Shown here: positions 37,261-49,915 of the stretch, piece after piece
Layout of the letters: each line of letters begins with the position of its first letter
Position numbering within the stretch: position 1 is the first letter of the stretch
NCBI RefSeq assembly: GCF_006345805.1
Contig: NC_043003.1
Coordinates: forward strand, 52,638,001 to 52,702,000
Origin: Octopus sinensis
Lineage: Eukaryota
Direction of reading: 5' to 3'
DNA length: 64,000 bases
Program-made: the position numbers and the translations under genes
The notes under the pieces: generated by a model
What the model saw: the letters and a program-made list of their open reading frames with translations, nothing else
The model's database searches: none
Told to the model about the DNA's origin: nothing

Positions 37261-37302
37261 AACTGCTACTCAGAGTTTCACGTTCCCGTTCGTCGAGCAG
37301 TT
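37261..37302 (-). ncRNA. Minimal type I hammerhead ribozyme-like motif with degenerate core (probably Penelope-derived)
   Basis: Minus strand AACTGC-TCGACGA-ACG GGAA CGT-GAAA-CTC T GAG-TA-GCAGTT. Stems I, II and III and a GUA cleavage site are present; the core reads UCGACGA rather than CUGANGA. Confidence 0.55.
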
Positions 37303-39037
37303 ATGATCCAGATTCTAGATTACACCTTTATAGCATCACCAGCATCACTCCTTCATAGTCAGCCTTGGAACTTTTCAGCCTATGCTCGTATGTATGTATG
37401 TATGTATGTATTAAGAAATCAAGAAATGAGCTCATACTATTATCTGTGTTTGGAACAAAAAAATATTCAATTGCTTGAGGTCTCTCCAATCATATAAACC
37501 AGGAGAAAAACATTTGACGAACTCTGTTAGCTCATGAAGAATGACTTCGACTTTATCTCCATTGAAATTCTTGAGCGGTTTTTGTTCTATTCTCAAGACA
37601 GAACAGGCCAAGAAATCATTAACCTGTATGTCTCAGCACTTGGAAAAATGTTTGAGGAATGTAAATATCACTGGCGGTGCCCCAGCATGGCCAAAAGCAT
37701 TAGGGCTGAAACATATTAAAGGAGTACACTCAAATGACAACTAAGAGGCAGGTCAGTGGGTAGGGTCTGTAATGAAAAAAAATTCAACAACGACTGCTCA
37801 ATGAAAGAACACTGACATTAGGGAATGCCCTCGAAATATCGGAGGCAATTAAATCAGCCACAGTGCTTTAGGGATATACGTAGTGTGATTTGCCAATTTT
37901 CAGTTTCAAAACAACAACAACAAAAAATTTTAATAGTTCTATGTTTAATATTGAATCTCTTTTCACTAAAAACACATGTGTGTGTGTGTGGTGTGTGTGT
38001 GTGTGCGCGCGCGCGCGTTTGAGTGCGTATGTGTGCGAGCGTGTGTATCTATGTTTTGGTCGTCACGTATTTTGAAAATACAAAATTGATGTCAGACGAC
38101 ATCTATCTATCCAAGAGTACTCTTTGGCCTTAATGTTTTAATAGGCTTTCTTGAATTTATGTTTTGTAACATTCTGTGATGACAAAACAAACTTTATTCA
38201 TAACCATATAATTAAGAGATGACACCAAATGATAAGGATGGTGTATAGACAGACTCGTTTGAGATGGTTCAATATCTTACATGGTGTTTAGTTACAGCAC
38301 TTTACATCGTTTTTAACTTTCATACTTCCAAGGTCGATAAAATAAATATCGCCCGAGTACTGGGGATGATTAAAATCGGTGGTTCCTCCTTAACAAAAAT
38401 GAAATAATAATCTATAGCCAAATCACACACTGATCGATAACTTTGATTGTCGATAGGTCAAGCAAATGACCATTTATCCTCACTAATGCGTACATAATTA
38501 AATAGCAGTTGTAATAATAACTAATTTATAAGGTGACGAGTTGGCAGAATCGTTTGCACGTCCGGAAAAATGCCTACTAGCATTTTGTTCGTCTTTATGT
38601 TCTGAGTTCAAATCCCGCTGATATCGACTTTATTTTTCTTTCCTTTCGGACTCTATAAAATAAGTATCAGTTGAACACTGGGTCGTGGTAATCGACTTAA
38701 CCCCCTAACCCAAACTTGTAGGGCCTTGTGCAAAAACTTGAAACTAATAATGAATAATTTAGGTACGAATTCAGCAATTATGTTCACCCAGCTATTTGAA
38801 TGGTACCTTATTTTAAAGATCTCGGTATGATGAAATCTAAAGTTAACCGCAGCTGGATTTGAACTCAGAACATAAAGGGATTTTTTTCTCTCGATATTTT
38901 ACCAATTCTGTATCTCCCCATCCAAGCAGTAATGGTAAAAATTCTTTCTACTTTAGGAACAAAGCTTGAAATTTTGTACGAGGGTGCTAGTCGATTACAT
39001 TGACCCAGAGTTCCACTGATACTTATCTTATCTTATC

Positions 39038-39303
39038 ACTAACATAGCTGGGGTTGTGGTGGTGGTTTAGAGGCGGTCCACCACGGACGGCACTTTTAAA
39101 GGGGCAGCGCTTTTCACCCTGTTGTAGACTATAAGTCAGAATAGATTTTATTTAAAAAATACGGTATACAATAATTGCCGATATTATACAAAGAAAAAAA
39201 ATAACTACTTGAAATGCATTATAATTTGGGTCTACTGTTTTGTGGGGTCCGGGGGCGGAAACAGAAGGACCGCCCAGGGCGACACACACTCTAGCTATGC
39301 TAA
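39038..39303. mobile_element. GC-rich MITE related to 48851-49014, opposite orientation
   Basis: Degenerate CTAGCGTAGCT-like termini; shared cgcccggggcg, ggcacttttaaagggg and gacacacact motifs. Confidence 0.55.
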
Positions 39304-39695
39304 CGATTTTGCTAGCTCGCCGTCTTAAATATTAACTTAATTATGTATTACCTTAATGTGACGAGCTCGCAGAATCGTCTTCGCACCGAACAAAATCCTT
39401 AGCAGCATTTCTTTCGGTTTTATGTTCTGAGTTCAAATTTCGCCGAGATAGACTTATCCTTTTGAGGTCGATAAAATAAGTACTAGTTGAGTACCAGGGG
39501 TCGTTGTAACTGACTAGACTCCGCGTCTAAAAGTTCAGGCCTTGTGCCTATAGTAAAATTACAGGGGTCTACACATTTTTTTCTGACACCTGAGCTGTAG
39601 TACTGATAGGCACTAAGTGATAAACACACTTTTACAGTAAAACAATATAGACATTTGCATAATATTCCTGATGTGATTGCACTCTCTGAGCACAT

Positions 39696-40341
39696 GCGAG
39701 GTGGTATTAAAACATTCTCGGATTAGTTCTGTAGCGACCCAACAAATGGCTGCGCACGGTGCACGCGCAGTGAGAGTGAGCAGTGACCCTTATGAAGCAG
39801 CGTGCCAAAGCGACATCGCTGTGTTTACTTCGCAAGTTCTGAAATTTTGGTTTTGTGATCTTGTGTATGCGGTAGTCTGTGATTTTGCTCCCGCCTGCTG
39901 ACCACTGAACAGAAAGAACATCGCGTCGAAGTCTGTAAGATTTCCGTCAGTGTGCCGCTAATAACCCATCTTTCATGTCGAAGATCATCACCAGTGACGA
40001 GAGTTAAGTTTACGGGTACGGCCCTGAAACGAAACAGCAGTCGTCACAATGGAAGAGCCCTTCATCTCCACAACCGAAGAAGGCACGACAGAGCCGTAGC
40101 TCAATCAAGAGGATGCTTATGGTTTTTTCCGACATCCGCGATATTGTGCATCGAGAATTCATCCCTCAGGGCCAGACCGTCAATTGAGAGTTCTAATGTG
40201 ACGTTTTGAAGTGTTTGAGAGCGAAAAGAAATGGATCTTTGGAGCATGAAGAATTGGATTCTTCAAGACGACAATGCACCCTGTCACCGAACTCTCCTCC
40301 CTCGTGAGTTCCTTCGTCTAAAACAACATGGTGGTCGCTTC
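39696..40341 (+). mobile_element. Decayed mariner transposase fragment with 5' TIR
   Basis: cgaggtggtattaaaacattctcgg TIR. Translates PRLLTTEQKEHRV..KIITSDES..YG.ETKQQSSQW..HREFIPQGQTVN..WILQDDNAPCH, with stops and deletions. Confidence 0.9.
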
Positions 40342-41302
40342 AGCGGGTGTTTCTAATAATTGTGTATAATTCAAATGATTTATGCTTTAGTGTGAATTAA
40401 ATGCAAAGATTTATTGACAATGGTGTATTACCCAGTCATGTTTCGAATAATTCATGTGGTCCAAATAATTTATGTTCGGGAGTGTGTTTAACACACACCT
40501 TTGTTGGAAGAGGCATTTATTACTGTTGCACTATCTGTGAATCAGATATGACAATTCTTTCAGGAAAGACGCGGGTGGTTTTTGGAAGTAATTTAAAAAG
40601 AACATGTAAAACAGGTTTAGAAATATTTGCTTAGAAATTACGAATTTAGATGATAACGAACAGATAAACAAACAGATAAGTTCGTTTTAAAGTGTGCACA
40701 TACAAGAAATGCTTACAAACAACAGCAAAAATATGGCAACCTTAATAACCTTCAGGATCATATTTCAGTATTTCACTTTCTCTTTTTTCTTTTACGCTTT
40801 AAATATGTTAAATAAAAACAACCAACTATGAATACTAAATAGTTATGTTTAATGAAAACGCATGAAATGGAAATTTCAGAATAAAGTAACCTTGTCCTTT
40901 TTGTTCAAAGACTTATTTTTCTTTTCTTTGTTCACAGTTTCTCACACGTCGAGATAAAAGTTTGTTATTAAAATTCAAAATCGTTTTCCAGCATTTGAGG
41001 ATGTAGACTGTTGGTGACCCACGATGTGCAATTAGTTTACTTACATTGCGAGGTGGCGAGCTGGTAAAATGCTTAACAGCATTTCGCCCGTCTTTACATT
41101 CCGGGTTCAAATACCTTTACTTTTCAGCCTTTCGGGGCCCATAAAATAAGTATCAGTTGAAAGCTGATTGCTGGCCTTGTACCAATATTTGAAACTAATA
41201 TATTTAGTATTTATTTTATTGACCACGAAAAGATGATAGGCAAGGTCAACCTCGAGAGAACTGAACTCAGCGCTAAGCATTTTGTTCAGTGTTGTAACGA
41301 TT

Positions 41303-41530
41303 CGTTTTCTTTATTGCCCACAAGGGGCTAAACATAGAGGGGACAAACAAGAACAGAAAAGGGGATTAAGTCGATTACATCGACCCCAGTGCGTAACTGG
41401 TACTTAATTTATCGACCCAGAAAGAATAAAAGGCAAAGTTGACCTCGGCAGAATTTGTACTCAGAACGTAACGGCAGACGAAACGCCGCCAAGCATTTTC
41501 TCCGGCGTACTAAGGATTCAACAAGTTCAC
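41303..41530 (-). mobile_element. SINE family A copy
   Basis: Same unit as the 58370-58972 array. Confidence 0.8.
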
Positions 41531-43734
41531 CACCTTACATCTATCACAATAAATTATTTATATTCGAATGTTTATGCGACTTCAAAGGTGTCATGTCTGG
41601 CGGTGTTTTTCATTAATTGGAGAGGAGCAAAGGGTAAAGTTGTTGCAGACAAGATTGTAATTAGAATTACGAGGGCTGAATTTATTTGGTAGATTTTTAT
41701 CTATCACCCTGTTTAACATCATCACTTGGTCCATGGCTTACCTTGTTGCAAGCACCTGATTCAAGTCTCCAGTCTGAGGAAAATTCTTCTCGTCTCCCAC
41801 TTGTTTCGGAGGCCATGGTGTATATTTACTGTACTTCTTTTCCTTTCTCTTCCCTTATGCGCTCCAGCCCAAAGGCTGTGGCTCTGCTGGACACCCCCGT
41901 TATCAATTTTTCAAAGGTCATTCTCAAATGGTTGGATTTTGATGACTGAGCGGTTTTAATATTATTGCTCTTATTTGAGTTTCTTACCGTGATATAGACT
42001 CACTAGAGATCTTGGACAGCAGAAAGACAAGGTTCTTTTTGAGAAAAAAAAATCCATGCTTCATGTACATACCCCAGGTTCTTTGGCAGACTATTAAACA
42101 TCTGTGGATTTCTGAATAATAGTAAAAAAATTCTGTCAAGTAATAAATCTGGGTTTCTACCGTTTGCAGTGGTTTTCATAATTGGAAGTATTTATTTATT
42201 TATCTTATTTCAGAAAGCAGTCACATTTTTATTTAAAATGACTTTATTGTGTGAAGTTGTTGCAGTTGATGTTGCTATCAGCTTTTTGATCAGTCCCAGA
42301 CAGTTCTGTGATCAAGTGAGAAGAATGTGATCAAAGATTTGCCAACCATATTTTTGTACATACAAGACTACCTTGTCCAATATGTCCTAGATAACTCCAG
42401 AAGGTCTAATTATATTTAGTGAGTCCTGAATTGATAAGCTTAAAATTTTAGTCTAGAAATTTATAGAATTACTTTACGTTGAAGTCATATCAAAAATATT
42501 TTCTATGAATAATTTTCCACCGCCTTGTAACACTGCAATTCGCCTCATTCTAATGTGATTTCTTAACATTAAAGAATTTTCAGTAAGAAAACTGAATATG
42601 ATTTAGTTTTGTGAAACTGTACCCTCTATTCTAATTTCATTCACAACAAGGATACATTACAGGAATAGAATCAACTCAATTCTACGAATACGCGCTACTA
42701 TTCTTCTGCTACAATCCCATTCAGTCATAGAGTTTGTACACTGACTTCATCCTCACTCAAGTTATGCTCTATTGCTACTGTTTCATATTGGATGTGGGCG
42801 TTATGTACTGTTAAAATAATAACACAGCTGTAGTAGAACAGAATATTGGAATGTATTGGAAAGAATTTATTCACATACGAGCTATTATTTTATCTTTCGA
42901 GGTCTTTGCTACTTAAATTGAGTAGACTACTCCATTGCAAAAATCTTTCCACAAATACAAAGAAATCTGACGTATATAAAACTGCACTGACAAGTCTTTT
43001 GAAACTGCAACAATACTTAATTAATCGGAACAATTATTGTACACAGGCATGTGGAAACCAATTTTTGGTGTAATAATCGCATATATACATCACAAGACAA
43101 TTGTTTAATCTCATATTAAAAGTTTCCTGTTATGCGTGGGAAATATCTTTCTCTTAAATTCTTAGACTAGATTATTCAGAAGCTGGAGAAGAAAGCCAAT
43201 AACACCAGCAAACAGAAATATTGGTTTCAAATTTTGGCATAAGCCTAGCAGCTTCGGGGCGGCGGGACAGTCGATTACATTCACCTCAGTGCCCAACTGG
43301 TACTTATGTTATCCACCTCGAAAGGATAGAAGGCAAAGCCGATCTCGGCGGTATTTGAACTGAAAATGTAAAGACGGATGAAATGCCGCTAAGCATTTAA
43401 TCGGCAGGCTAACGATTCTATCAGCTCGCCGTCCAGCACAAAACAGATATATTATTCTCAAGTATCATAAACGTAATAGTTACCTATAAATTAGTTTCAT
43501 ATCATATACAGTATCAAACAAATATTTTGTCTATATTTCACGGTTTACATGCTTATGTTTTACACTTCTGGTAAGTGATGCAGTACTCCGGGTGCCTTAG
43601 ATTATCCTGCAGATAACGAAGCTGTCATATTCGGATTGTTTTTTGTCTTTTGTTTGTGTAGTTGATTGTTTTTTGTTATTCTGTTTGTGGAGTTGGGCAT
43701 TTCCAAAAATTCTTTTGGTCTTACAAGAATCTAT

Positions 43735-43870
43735 TTCACAAGACAATGAGATAATCCAACCCGGGAGAGACTACCGTCGTGATGAAGTGGACTCCGGAAT
43801 GAGGAAAAAAGACCAAGAGGAAGACCAAGGAAGGCGTGGCACAGCACGTTTTAGGACGAAATGATAGCGA
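43735..43870 (+). mobile_element. Relic 3' end of another LINE (RTE-like C-terminus)
   Basis: ..VMKWTPE*..PRGRPRKAWHSTF.. resembles the WxPxGKRxRGRPxKxW motif; frameshifted. Confidence 0.45.
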
Positions 43871-44633
43871 TGGCAGACGGCCCGAGTGGAGGTAAGGTTA
43901 AAGCGAGCAATTAGAATGTTTTGAGAAGGCTCGTTTGTAAGTTATGCTGACAGCACTGGAAGATCTAAGGACTAAGAACTTTTAACAATCAAGCTCAGTT
44001 TTAAGATTCCATTTCTTCAGACGCATGGTCGCCCTGAGCTGATGACAGAGGTTGGATATTATACCCGGATACTTTTCCTCTTTTACGTGAGACCCAAAAC
44101 CATATTGGACCCAAAATGAAATAATCGTGCTTTCTAGTTGTCTTCGAGGCATAAGTTTGTTATAATTGACGGCAAGTTCATTATGTCTCAGACATGGCTG
44201 TGTGGTTTGGAAACTCGCTTTTCGATTACGCGGTTTCGGGTTCAATATCACGACGCTACACTTTGGAAAAGAGTTTTCTACTATAGCCCCGGTTTGACCA
44301 ATGCCTTATGAGTGAATTTGGTAGACTGAAACTGTGTGGAAGCCCGGCGTATGTATGTAAGTAATGTGTGTGTGTGAGAGCGTGCGTGTGCACACGTGCG
44401 CGTTTGTTTTTATCCTCACTTCCACCGCTTGACAACTGGTGTTGGTTTGTTTTCGACCTCGTAACATAGCAGTTCGGCAAAAGACACCGGTATAATAAAT
44501 ACCAAAGTTAAAAAATAAGTACTGGGGTCAATTTGTTCGACCAAACCCTTCAAGGTGGTGCTCCAGCATGGCCACAGACCAATGACAGAACCAAATAAAA
44601 TAAATAAAAAAGCGAATGAAAGAAAAGATGTAC

Positions 44634-44717
44634 CTGCAACCAAGGTGTAAACGTGTACTCTGTAACAAACAGACGGAATTCCGCCCACTTTGCGGCTGAT
44701 GTCATCAAGTTTTTCCA
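44634..44717 (-). CDS. Open exon-like segment of the unknown minus-strand gene (84 nt, phase 1-1)
   Basis: ttctttgtttag|TGGAAAAA...GCAG|gtacat; EKLDDISRKVGGIPSVCYRVHVYTLVA. Confidence 0.5.
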
Positions 44718-45522
44718 CTAAACAAAGAATATATTTTATGAAGCAAATGACAAAATTTTGTTAAAAACTGCGCTTGAGAGTATATACAGACCGAAGCCCT
44801 TGAAGTTGAAAACGCACCACATAGACCTAATTTTTCTTAACACGTTTGAACATATTCTGTATTATTTTGAAAAATATTTGAAAATTGTATTGTTAACAAA
44901 TATCTAATTGGACAGCAATTATTATGGTTGGTGTGTCTTTTGATGTTTTGGAATTCTAATTCATTGTGGTAGACAGTCCTATGTTTATGTATCACATTGA
45001 AGTTAATTTATAAATGGATATAATTTAAACCAATGTTTTATCCAGTACAAGAATTTTTCATTTACATTCATCTGTCTATGAAATACTATTTTCTCTTTTT
45101 TTCCCTTCATTCTAGCAGTGTACGAGCTTGTTGCTTTTTTTCTTCCTTTTCTAGTATTCGTCCACTATATTCATAAAAAAAAATGTTTCATAACCGAAAC
45201 TTTGCTTTCCAAGTTAATTATATACATTTTCTGTAGTGGTTGTATGGGTAAAAATCTCATTGTGTAACCATGTATTTTCGGGTTGTTTTTTTATTTGGGG
45301 TTTCATTTTGCGCTTGTGTAGTTTATCGTGTTCGCGATAACACGATGGCCTATGTTTGTCCTAAGACCGACACAGACTAGACCCAAATTATCTCTTGATA
45401 TCAGCATTTGCTTCTTCTTTTGTACAAATTAGCAATAATGAATTTTAGCGACACTTACTTTAATTCTTATCCTAATATTCTACTCCATTTCTGTACACTT
45501 GCTCTTATTGTTTTATTTTGAA

Positions 45523-45820
45523 CTAGCAGTATCGCCCGGCGTTGCTCGGGTTTGTAAGGGAAATAACTATATAAGCATTTTTAGAGAGATACTTCCCTTA
45601 TATAATAGCCAAAAAATGCATTAAAAATGGGGAAAAATGATGGTAAATTTTTTTAAAATCGTAGACTCATCGTTGACGCGCGCTAATACCCAGAAGGGCT
45701 CGATATGAATCACGACTATAAGATACCCGGTTTTGGTTAAACTGCACCGCAAAATGTGGGAGTAGTTAGGAATCTAAATCGTAGGAGACAGACACACAAC
45801 TTCGCTTTTATATATAAAGA
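45523..45820 (-). mobile_element. Non-autonomous Helitron (298 nt)
   Basis: On the minus strand starts TC and ends CTAG, preceded by GC hairpin cccgagcaacgccggg; sits between host A and T with no TSD. Confidence 0.85.
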
Positions 45821-46450
45821 TTTTCCTCATTATTTCATGATACATATTTTCGGGACGAAAGCGCTAAGCAGTGATGTGTATAAATCCAAACTCATTACCA
45901 GTTCAAATATGCTTGAAGTATATTCGAACCCGTAAGTAAACCATTTACAGTATTTTGTCATGGGGAAAATTTCTCGCTGGAGACAGATAATAAACACACC
46001 GAATTAGTCCGTCACGACGCTGACCAGATTGGTGGATGCATATTATATTCTTTGTTTGAAGTATGCCAATGATAACCTATGGATTTTATTGCTTGGCACA
46101 TTCATAAGTTTGACGAAATGTAGTGGTTTTAATCTATTGAGCTTTTATTCTTTTGAAAATAAATTTAATCAAATATCTTTTCTGATGTCTTCTAATTCTG
46201 AATCTCATAGCTGTTAGGATTTTGTATCACTTTTTAATTTTTATTTTATTTCATTTAGTTTCAGCTCACGAGCTGTGGTCATGCTGGGGCACCGCCATCT
46301 GACAAAAAAACCCCAAAAAACAAACAAAAATAAACGACGCAGGAACATAAAACAAAACAAAGCTGAAACCCTGACTTCTTTATGTTGTTCACAACTGGAA
46401 GGAGGATTTGAAGGAAGCATTCGTGATCCCAAACCGCATTGCAATAACAC

Positions 46451-47175
46451 TGTTACGCCCTGACCCTATGGCATGATCTGATGTGAGGAGAAAATTCCTG
46501 AATGTCGTGTTCACAGTGCTTTAGGAACGCAATGTTGGGTGGGCACATCAAAAGGGATGGCCTCAAATATGAAGTATACAGAGTCGAAGCTAGAGTGCGT
46601 ACTGTCCAGGCAGTCCTTTTGTTTGTTTCTTTCCTGGAGCTCAGCTTATACAGGCTTATAGAGCAGACGCAAAAGTGTCACCTCCGTAAAAGCGTCACCA
46701 GGAGTGGGCAGCCCCTCTACTCCCAGCTAACATTACTGAGTACTCAGTGAACCATGTAATGCAGGAGGATGGCAGAGTACAGTTCTTCCAGTAAGGGTGA
46801 GATGTCGACAGTTTGTAACTATATTTATTTGGTTGGTTAAGAAGGAAAATAGAGCAGTGATACATAAATTGGAGAGACAAGTAGAAAATGCTTCATCAGA
46901 GGTATGTAAAGGAAAGGCCAAAGCTGAGAGCAAAGAACAAATTCTCAACGTGTAATAAAATGAAAACAGTTGTTTCATTATTAATAGTTATCGCCAAGCT
47001 AATATGGCAGTCCATAAATATAGGACTAGAGCTAGCTAGAGGCGATGACCTCTTGGAGCTAATCAACGGTAGCTTTCGTCCTATATTTATGGTCTACCAT
47101 ATTAGCTTGGCGATAACTATTAATATCCAGTACCGCTGCCGTAGTCTCCTTTAGAGAGACTTAGAAAGAATAATA
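46451..47175 (+). mobile_element. Possible solo LTR interrupted by a palindromic MITE
   Basis: Starts TGTTA, ends TAATA (one mismatch to TAACA), AATAAA near 46954; no TSD found. Confidence 0.25.
46979..47125. mobile_element. 147-nt palindromic MITE-like element
   Basis: tattaatagttatcgccaagctaatatgg..ccataaatataggac pairs with gtcctatatttatgg..ccatattagcttggcgataactattaata. Confidence 0.8.
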
Positions 47176-47198
47176 TTTCTATAGTTGTTTCATTATCT

Positions 47199-47270
47199 TC
47201 TGTTGTTCATGTAGCTACTTCACTGAAATGGATATTGTATCCATTTTTTAGAGCTACATGAGCAACAGAA
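47199..47270. repeat. 72-nt hairpin
   Basis: ttctgttgttcatgtagct / agctacatgagcaacagaa outer stem; aaatggata / tatccattt inner stem. Confidence 0.8.
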
Positions 47271-47280
47271 AATAAATCTG

Positions 47281-47692
47281 GGATCTTTTCGGTTTGAACG
47301 GCAGTTTGTAACATAATTTCTAGGTAACTAAAAAATTTTAAACTTCGTATACTGGTAGAATATGTTTATAAAACATCTTTTTCTCTTGGCTTTATTGAGA
47401 AAATTCTATAGTTTGTAAAATATTTGTTGTTTTTTTCTTCAATTTCTGCAATTGCAACCAACCAATGACGTCCATTGAGGTAAACAACATTCTGTGAATA
47501 TGTTCCTCGTTTAAGAAATAGATTGGGTTTATTTACATTTGTGAAGAAAAAAGATACCCCCACCCCTAACCCTAACTAACCCTAACCCTAAAATAGATTG
47601 AAATGCAATAGATCGATACTAGGGTCATAATTATGGGTGACAATTTCATATGACACCGCTAGAAAAAACTGCCGTTCAAAACGAAAAGATCC
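47281..47692. mobile_element. MITE with 27-bp TIRs, 8-bp TSD and internal telomere-like repeats (Merlin-like)
   Basis: TIR GGATCTTTTCG(G/T)TTTGAACGGCAGTTT. Direct repeat TAAATCTG at 47273-47280 and 47693-47700. CCCTAA units at about 47565-47590. GG termini with 8-bp TSD fit Merlin, but hAT or P are not excluded. Confidence 0.8.
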
Positions 47693-48015
47693 TAAATCTG
47701 CGTTCCTGTGTGGGTTAAATAAACCAACGCTTTTGGTGGCAACAATGTTGTTTAATACAAATGGAGGGAGCGATACTATCAGTAATTGTAGAAATCATTA
47801 CTAGCTCCAATTGAGAGCTGCTGAAGGGAACATTCTGCAGTGCAAACGTGTGTAAAATAATGAGATATTTCTAAATTTTTATTACCTAATCCCAATTTTA
47901 TTTAATCGAAACTTTTCTGCGTCAAGTCATTTCAATCTTTTAATTTTGTTTTTGATTTTGAATCGTGGACTCCGCCTTTGTTTGGTTTAGCTAACCATTG
48001 TTCAACAGCGCTTAC

Positions 48016-48236
48016 CTCACTTCCATAAGGCTGCAAATTCGATTAATAAACGATATCATGTCCATCACATGAAATACTCGTATGTTAGCATTTCTTTCAG
48101 TATCATTGGTAAATTTGCCTTGTACTGTACCATTCAGCTTCATAGATACAATGTAGTATACTTTCATTACTTCACATTTTTTTAGAGCTTCCAGCGACCT
48201 CCGCTTCTGGACTGGCTGTCTTATTAGGTCAGTTAC
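48016..48236 (-). CDS. Open exon-like segment of the unknown minus-strand gene (221 nt, phase 0-2)
   Basis: attttcgtactag|GTAACT...GTGAG|gtaagc; 73 open codons VTDLIRQP...NANIRVFHVMDMISFINRICSLMEV. Confidence 0.5.
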
Positions 48237-48343
48237 CTAGTACGAAAATGCTTGTTGTCATTATTTGTATTGAATTATTTTCGCTATATCTTGCTAATGC
48301 CTTGATGCTTTTGTTTTCAAAATATTTCTCTTTATTTGTATAT

Positions 48344-48376
<33 letters not shown>

Positions 48377-48850
48377 GGTATGCGTGTCTGGTAATATAGA
48401 GCACGATAAGATTTATAAAATATGTATAATTATAAGCAATTAAATAGATGTAGGCTTCATAAAAAGCAACGGCTATTGTCATAAAAGAATAAGGCTACAT
48501 AAGCAATCTCGCATCCTCTTTTATCGCCTCCTCTTTCATTTTCTATTCAATGTGTATTTTTCGCTTTTTCATTTTCAGCACAAGACCCACTTTCATTTAC
48601 CTTAGGTGCATGCGGTTGTGTTTTGTGTCACGTACTCAGTTTTTGGAAATAAATTATGGTGAATCTTTTACCTAATAACTTACTCAATGGTATTACTTGT
48701 AATGCAGTACATATATTGCACCTGTAATCTTGATTGCCTTTACTTACTTCCGGTGATAGGTAATTAATCGATTCAATTAATTATATCTTTCCCTATAAAC
48801 GCCCCTTATAGAGGCATAATGTGAATGCTATAACACTTTGGCTCCCAAGT

Positions 48851-49014
48851 ACTAGGGTAGCTACAGTGTGTGTCGCCCGGGGCGGCCCTTCCGTTTGCTG
48901 CCCCCGGACGCCACAAAAAACCTATATTGCCTACCGAAGACTCAAAAGTGGTACCCCTTTAAAAGTGCCGCCCGGGGCGGACAACCCTCACCCACAACCA
49001 CTAGCTACGCTAGT
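48851..49014. mobile_element. GC-rich MITE (164 nt)
   Basis: TIR ACTAG(G/C)GTAGCTA; subterminal cgcccggggcgg twice. Confidence 0.7.
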
Positions 49015-49747
49015 GCTCCCGAGTCTAGTTTCCTGTTTAGTCTCAAGGCATCAATACGATATCTTAAATAATTTGGATAAGGGCGCCATAATATTTTTTT
49101 ACCCTAGAGAGGCAACTCTGGACAGACCTTTTCAAAGCTATTGCTTTAACTAAAATACAGTCAACAACATTGACTGATTTGCTCCAGTAGAAATTACCGT
49201 AATATTAGCGTCAAGCACTCTTCAGGCATTAACCTAAATTTGCTTATACATACATACATTATGGTTCCAAACTCGTGTTCGCGTATTGTTATCGGCTGAT
49301 CGAAAGTCCGATACATGCGAAGGGTACGACCAGCCATTTCTGAGATAGGTCTTGCACTTTTTTCAAGTGATACCTGTACATGATGATTTGTTTTTTATAG
49401 TGGAGAAAAGATTTGCACAAATCCAGTCCCACTCTCTGAACATGGACAAAATAAACTCGAAACAAAGAACTAGTCTACATCATCGAATATTGTCAGTGTT
49501 GCAGGTTTTCTCTCAGAGGTTTCCTCTCCTTGAGAGATGTTGTGATAACGACAGAGAGGCCTCCCTTTTCCCAGTGGGCCAACCGCGCGCCTGGACACCA
49601 ACCCAAGTATTTCCATGTACCTGTGCATACATTCATGCATACACACACAAGTACATACATTGCTGGATGGCCGTTGACTGCTCATGAGCTCTTCCGCCTT
49701 TTTACAGGTTTTAATTTTCGTCCTGCAGCTTGTCAAACAACCACTCA

Positions 49748-49915
49748 CGTGGAGGCGCAATGGCCCAGTGGTTAGGGCAGCGGACACGATTCCCAGACCG
49801 GGCATCGTGAGTGTTTATTGAGCAAAAACACCTATGCTCCACGAGGCTCCATCAGGGTGGTGGTGGTGAACCCCGCTGTACTCTTTCACCACAACTTTCT
49901 CTCACTCTTTCTTCT
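49748..49915 (+). mobile_element. SINE family C copy with deleted anticodon/B-box segment
   Basis: gtggaggcgcaatggcccagtggttagggcag identical to 17998; body similar. Confidence 0.75.

Noticed and set aside
43982-44134. Alternative terminal exon ESTIISFWVQYGFG...ELDC* of the unknown gene
   Set aside because: Phase-compatible and open, but the acceptor lacks a pyrimidine tract; not counted without transcript data.
47560-47592. Telomere or chromosome-fusion scar
   Set aside because: Only a few CCCTAA units, enclosed by TIRs and a TSD.
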